Shown here in pieces: positions 59,120 through 64,000 of a DNA stretch of 64,000 bases (positions are counted from its first letter, which is position 1; every line of letters begins with the position of its first letter). A program made the position numbers and the translations under genes. The notes below the pieces were generated by a model. The model saw only the letters and a program-made list of their open reading frames with translations, was not told the DNA's origin and did not search any database. Source of the DNA: Acidobacteriota bacterium. GTDB taxonomy: Bacteria > Acidobacteriota > CAIWXX01. The stretch covers positions 83,108-147,107 of the forward strand of contig JBFMAF010000031.1 of assembly GCA_040755995.1 (NCBI GenBank), in the 5' to 3' direction.

Positions 59120-60130
59120 ATGAGGAAAGTAATGATAACATCCAAACCACGGCGAAGTAGTCAGACCCGCGTAAGGGCATTCCTCCCATCTAGCACGCGC
59201 TGGAAAATCAATCACATACGACTGCTAATCCTCTCACTCGTCGGGCTGCTGGCCGGGGCTGGATGCGCGGCATCGCGTGCCTACAGCCGGGGCATGCAGG
59301 CACAACGTGCTGGGCGCCCTGCCGACGCCGTCGAGTATCTGGAGCGAGCGGTGGAGCATGATCCGGGCAATCCGAGCTACGCGGCAGCGCTCAGACGGGC
59401 TCGTACGAAGCTCGCGGAGGCTGCGATCGCGGAGGGTGAGGACTTGGAGCGGCGCGGCGAGTATGTGCTGGCCTATCGCAAGTATCGAACGTCGTTTCAG
59501 CTGGATCCTCTCAACGGCCACGCGTTGTTGAAGCGCGAGCTTGCCAGCATCCGACTCCGGTTGATGGATGAATCTCACCGCTCAGTCGCGCGTGCCGCCG
59601 TGCGTCCCGCGTCCCCAGCGGCCCCGGACACGCATACGATCTCCGTCGCTGGCGCCGAGCGGTCCGGAGCCGTCGAACGAGCCTCAAGTATACCTTCGGC
59701 AGCTTCGCGGGCGGCCACGATTCGCTTCGAGCCCGCAAGAATCGAGGCCGCCGCTGGGAAGGAGTTCTCGGCCAGTGTGATCGTCAGTGCTCGCACCTGG
59801 CCGGACTATGGCTCGTTCGATGTGGTCTACGACGACCGTGCACTCAGCCTCAGGAACGTAGAGCCGGGCGCCACGGTCGCAACGTATTCGCTGCGGCAGC
59901 CGGAAGCGGGCCGGATCTCACTCAGGTTCCATCCGGAGAAAGACTTCGACGGTCTCGTCTGTGCTCTGGTCATGGTTGCGAAAGCTCCGGAGCCGGGGGC
60001 CCTCACCGTCGACAACGCGCGGCTCAAGGATGGTCTGGGAGCAGAGCTCGACGTGACCACCTCCTCCGCGAGCATTCGAGCTCATCCTGTGGGAGCGGAC
60101 GCGGCGTCCTCGACACCCGCGCGGAGGTGA
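59120..60130 (+). CDS. Lipoprotein with N-terminal TPRs and C-terminal cohesin-like domain
   Basis: LLAGAGC lipobox-like, A..Y.ERAVEHDP.N TPRs, Pro/Ala linker, F.V.YD...L....V.PG beta-sandwich; start uncertain. Confidence 0.75.
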   Translation: MRKVMITSKPRRSSQTRVRAFLPSSTRWKINHIRLLILSLVGLLAGAGCAASRAYSRGMQAQRAGRPADAVEYLERAVEHDPGNPSYAAALRRARTKLAEAAIAEGEDLERRGEYVLAYRKYRTSFQLDPLNGHALLKRELASIRLRLMDESHRSVARAAVRPASPAAPDTHTISVAGAERSGAVERASSIPSAASRAATIRFEPARIEAAAGKEFSASVIVSARTWPDYGSFDVVYDDRALSLRNVEPGATVATYSLRQPEAGRISLRFHPEKDFDGLVCALVMVAKAPEPGALTVDNARLKDGLGAELDVTTSSASIRAHPVGADAASSTPARR

Positions 60131-60251
60131 CGATGACAGCACGCCGAATGTCCCCGACGCAGGCTCGATGCCGGCCTGATATCTCAGAGTCGTTCGGGAA
60201 CGCCCTGGGGGCGAATTCCATAACAAGTCGCAAAGGTTTCATGGAGTCGTG

Positions 60252-63200
60252 ATGGCAATGAAAAGCATGGTCAAGGTCGGTCTGGCAGTTCTATCGGTCA
60301 CACTTGTCTTGAGCGCGCCCGCGTTCGCGCAGAGCGGGATATTCGATCGGATTGGCGTCGACGCGAACCACGGGCTGCACGGAACGGTTCCTGGAGAGAA
60401 CGTAGACCTCTTCACCGGGAACCTGACATTGCAATTCACAGATCTCTCGCTCCCAGGCCCCAACGGTCTCGGTCTCGCCATTCAGAGGGTGTACAACTCG
60501 AAGATCGCGTATGACATCCTGAAAGCCGGTGGCGTCCAGGAGTGGCATGTGCGGGGAGAGCCGAGATCATGGGTGGGACTGGGCTGGTCGCTCCACATGG
60601 GGCGCCTTCTCGATTGGGAGCAAGAGGGGATGCACGACGTGTTCGACGTGGTCATTGAGTTTCCGGATGGGCGCAGAGAGACCGCCTTTCAGACCGAGAA
60701 CGCGAATGGCGTGCGGACCTTCATGACCAAGAGCTTCTTGAAGCTGGTTCACGGCTCGGAGGGCTGGGTTCTATACTTCCAGGACGGCACGAAGTGGTAC
60801 TTCGGAGCCGAGCGGCCCGTGGAATACGCGCAGGGCGGCTGGCGCAATGCGCGTGTCGTCACGAGCATCGTGAACACTTACGGGAATGCGATCTCGGTTG
60901 ACTACTACGACGGCAATGCGGCGATGCAGAGGATCACGGACGCCCTCGGTCGCAAGGTCGAGTTCACGGTGAACGACCCTGCCGCCGTCTACCCGAAGCT
61001 GACCGCAATGACCCTGCTCTATCAGGGGAACGTCGTGCGGAATTACCAGTACGTGGTCAAGACAGATTCGACGCTGGGGGATGTCGGCGGCGTCTACTAC
61101 CTGGATTCGTTCGATCCGCCCGAGCTGGCGGCGGAGACGTACGAGTACATTCTCGGCGGTGTGGCCGATGCACGGCGCTACGGCCTGAAGGCAGTGAACA
61201 CCCCGTTCGCCGGCCGCGTGGAATACGAGTACGACTCGCACGATTTCGTCGGCCTGTGCGAAGAGGTGGAAGGTCCGGAAGTTTCTCGCAGCAGGTGCGA
61301 TTCCCTCGTGCTCAAGAGCAAGACTGTACACTTCGGCTTCGGAGGTGGAACGAAGACGTGGAGCTACCAGTATCCTTCATACGACACGCCGACCGTGGGT
61401 TCTGAAAATGACACGGTGACTGTCACGGGCCCCGAGTACGTCATGAAGGTGAGATACAACAACGGGCCTACCGACCCCGCCTGGAAGCACGGACTTCTTG
61501 CATCGAAATCGTACGCTGACAACAGCTTCCGGGAGGAGTACGAATGGGAGGCGGAGGTACTCACGACTCGCAGCGGGTATCCAAGCGCCAATTACATCAT
61601 GGCGCCTCTCACAACAAGCACCTGGCAGACGGTGCTTCCCGGTGTGACCACTCGTGAAGTAAACGTGTACGACAACGCGATTCTGAAGAAGCACGGGCTT
61701 CCGACGAGGGTGGAGCACTGGGGCAAGTGCGGTACGCCCACGCGCCTTTCCTACGACACGTTCGAGTACGCCTGCCAGTCAGTTCCGGGCTTCTGGGATC
61801 GGTACATGCTCGCGCTCGTCTCTGATCAGTCCACATACGATGCCGGCGGCTCTCTCCTGAAACGGACCCAGACAACCTACGACGCCCTAAACGGTGCGAT
61901 CGATGCGGTGACCCGCCGTGTGGATGCCGGAACGAACCTGACCTGGGACCACACATATTCCCAAGCAGATGGAGGGAGGACCGTTACAGTGAAGGTGGAT
62001 CCTCCCGGCGACGCTGCCCGGGCGGAGACGCGCACCTACAGTTACGGTGTCCTGGCTTCGGTCGTGAGGCCGGACTACACCGAGCTGACAAGGACGATCG
62101 ACCCGAAGGACAGCTCGATCATCAGCGAGACGAACCAGCATGGTGGCACCATGTCATTCTCCTATGACGGGCTCGGCCGCGTGCGGAAGATCACGATACC
62201 CAGGTTCGACACGGTCACGGCCGACTGGGGGCCGAACACGGTGACGATCAAGCGAGGCAAGAGGACCGTCGAGAAATACTGGGACGGATTCGGCCGAAGC
62301 CTGGGCTCCGAAGAGAAAGGTGATGGCAAGACGCTGTACTACCGGCGGAATCTGGACGGTGAAGGGAGAGTCAGCAGCGAGACGAAGGGTAGCGAAGTCA
62401 ACTCGCCGGAGTACAGCTACACCTACACGTATTACGCTTCCGGCGAGCTGGCAACTACTATCGATCCGGAGGGCAAGAGGACCGGCGTCACGTTCGATGG
62501 GTGCGACAAGGTCGTCAATGACGGCAACGGCCGCAACTGGAGATACACATACCAGCGTCTTCCGGGACAGATCACAGGCGTGAAGGAGCCGGGCACCGAG
62601 GGAGGCTCAGCGACGAATACCTACGACGCGCTGGGCCGCCTGATGAAAGTCGTCTACAACGACACCCAGACGCGCACCTTCGACTACAACGACATGGACC
62701 AGGTCACGCAAGAAACGCATCCGGAGACCGGTACGATCAGCTACAACTACAGCGCGTCGACCGGAAATTTGGATAGCAAGGTCTGGGAAGGGACGACGAC
62801 AAGCTACGCGTACAATCATAGCAGCCAGTTGAAGAAGGTGGATTCGGGCGACGAGACCGTCGAGTATTTCTACGACGACGGAAAGGGTCGAGTGAATCGG
62901 GTCATCAGCACCAAGGGATGGAGTCGCAAAGGAATCGACTACAATGACTTCGGATCCGTCAAGACAGAGACCGTGAACATCCCCGGGCTTTCGCCCAAGA
63001 GGATCGTGTACGACTATGACACCTCCAATAACCTGAATTGGATCAAGTATCCCGATCAGAAGATCGCCGAGACGGTCTACAATGGCATGGATGCTCCGGA
63101 AAAGGTGACTCACAACCTGAACGCACTCATAGACCAGGCCGAATACGGCGCCTACATGCTGCCGGTGAAGATCCCCTTTGTCGGCAATAGCACGAGTTTC

Positions 63201-64000
63201 GAGACCACCTACTACAAGACCGGGCATTTGAAGCGGGCGAAACTCGTGACCGCAGAGCCTCGAGTGCTCTACAACGCCGAGTATCTCTATGACGGGAACT
63301 ACAATATCACCTCCATTCAGAACACGACCCCGTCGATGAATGCCGGCTTCACCTACGATGCCTTGAACCGCCTGGTGAAGGCCACGTACTCGCAGGGGAA
63401 CGTCGCGGAGTACAAGTTCGGCTACGACGGCTTCGGAAACATGCTCACCGCCCAGGAGGACGCGAAGCAGCTCCCGAAGACTTACACGGCCAGGAACCAG
63501 ATCGAGGGATTCCTCTATGACCCGCGGGGAAACCTTACGTCAGACGGTGTGCTCCGCTACGCCTGGGACAACTTGAACAGGCTGAGCGAGGTCCGGACCG
63601 CTCCATCGCCCGCGAGCCCCAGCGGCGACCTCATGACGTGGTATTTCTACGATGATCGCGGTCTCCGTTTCAAAACCGTGCGACTTCCGCAGACACAACA
63701 GGGAACGCTCCACCTCACTTACCCCAACGGTGGAGAGGTGCTGCAGGGCGGAGAGGTGTGCAATATCACGTGGGACCCGGTGCCCGCGGGTGTCGAGTAC
63801 CTCAAGATCGAGTGGCGCCAGGGTGGTGGAGACTGGCAACAGATTCCTGGTGGTGAGCAGTGGGTCGCGAGCCTGGGCGCGTTCCCCTGGGATCTGCCGA
63901 TTCCGGCGCAAGACCTTACCCAGTGCTTTGTGAGGATTGTCAATGTAGACGCACCAACGCAGTGGGACCGAAGTGACACATCGTTCACGATCAAAGCGCA
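60252..64000 (+). CDS. RHS/YD-repeat protein with Sec signal peptide and DUF6531-like N-terminus; continues past the window end
   Basis: Manual translation: MAMKSMVKVGLAVLSVTLVLSAPAFAQ...ENVDLFTGNL....TDLSLPGPNGL.L.I.RVYNS; YD repeats (YDGLGR, YDALGRL, YDALNRL, YDGFGN, YDPRGNL); same frame at both ends. Absent from the ORF track because there is no stop. Confidence 0.93.
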   Translation, partial: MAMKSMVKVGLAVLSVTLVLSAPAFAQSGIFDRIGVDANHGLHGTVPGENVDLFTGNLTLQFTDLSLPGPNGLGLAIQRVYNSKIAYDILKAGGVQEWHVRGEPRSWVGLGWSLHMGRLLDWEQEGMHDVFDVVIEFPDGRRETAFQTENANGVRTFMTKSFLKLVHGSEGWVLYFQDGTKWYFGAERPVEYAQGGWRNARVVTSIVNTYGNAISVDYYDGNAAMQRITDALGRKVEFTVNDPAAVYPKLTAMTLLYQGNVVRNYQYVVKTDSTLGDVGGVYYLDSFDPPELAAETYEYILGGVADARRYGLKAVNTPFAGRVEYEYDSHDFVGLCEEVEGPEVSRSRCDSLVLKSKTVHFGFGGGTKTWSYQYPSYDTPTVGSENDTVTVTGPEYVMKVRYNNGPTDPAWKHGLLASKSYADNSFREEYEWEAEVLTTRSGYPSANYIMAPLTTSTWQTVLPGVTTREVNVYDNAILKKHGLPTRVEHWGKCGTPTRLSYDTFEYACQSVPGFWDRYMLALVSDQSTYDAGGSLLKRTQTTYDALNGAIDAVTRRVDAGTNLTWDHTYSQADGGRTVTVKVDPPGDAARAETRTYSYGVLASVVRPDYTELTRTIDPKDSSIISETNQHGGTMSFSYDGLGRVRKITIPRFDTVTADWGPNTVTIKRGKRTVEKYWDGFGRSLGSEEKGDGKTLYYRRNLDGEGRVSSETKGSEVNSPEYSYTYTYYASGELATTIDPEGKRTGVTFDGCDKVVNDGNGRNWRYTYQRLPGQITGVKEPGTEGGSATNTYDALGRLMKVVYNDTQTRTFDYNDMDQVTQETHPETGTISYNYSASTGNLDSKVWEGTTTSYAYNHSSQLKKVDSGDETVEYFYDDGKGRVNRVISTKGWSRKGIDYNDFGSVKTETVNIPGLSPKRIVYDYDTSNNLNWIKYPDQKIAETVYNGMDAPEKVTHNLNALIDQAEYGAYMLPVKIPFVGNSTSFETTYYKTGHLKRAKLVTAEPRVLYNAEYLYDGNYNITSIQNTTPSMNAGFTYDALNRLVKATYSQGNVAEYKFGYDGFGNMLTAQEDAKQLPKTYTARNQIEGFLYDPRGNLTSDGVLRYAWDNLNRLSEVRTAPSPASPSGDLMTWYFYDDRGLRFKTVRLPQTQQGTLHLTYPNGGEVLQGGEVCNITWDPVPAGVEYLKIEWRQGGGDWQQIPGGEQWVASLGAFPWDLPIPAQDLTQCFVRIVNVDAPTQWDRSDTSFTIKA

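Overview
GC-rich bacterial chromosomal window. An Acidobacteriota-like origin is inferred from the ECF-sigma/Ser-Thr-kinase pair, the DUF4388 protein, the TPR-cohesin lipoprotein and the Sec-signal RHS protein; this is not proven. Housekeeping genes (PhzF, PLP aminotransferase, K+-independent H+-pyrophosphatase, MFS, PAP2, Slt, DHH, ParA, AmmeMemoRadiSam) are mixed with decayed gene remnants and two small TA-like pairs. Two nitrogen-metabolism loci stand out. (1) At 12.7-20.7 kb an intact NADP-GDH is transcribed divergently from an operon. That operon encodes a full-length GDH homologue lacking two of the three active-site lysines, plus two PPDK-type ATP-grasp proteins without a PEP/pyruvate domain, one fused to a GAF-like sensor and a Pol-beta nucleotidyltransferase. 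It is a candidate undescribed GDH-regulating system. (2) At 28.7-45.3 kb a cyanophycin locus has cphB, iadA and three synthetase paralogues with complementary active sites: a CphA2-type enzyme, a full-length CphA with a degenerate ATP-grasp site, and a canonical CphA1. An accessory block between the last two carries secreted beta-propellers, a GH-A-like protein and a tandem pair of stand-alone TIR genes. The window ends inside an RHS/YD-repeat gene that the ORF track missed, which has an Ig-like domain directly after its YD repeats. No rRNA, tRNA, CRISPR array or intact transposase/integrase was recognised. All assignments come from reading motifs by eye, without database searches.
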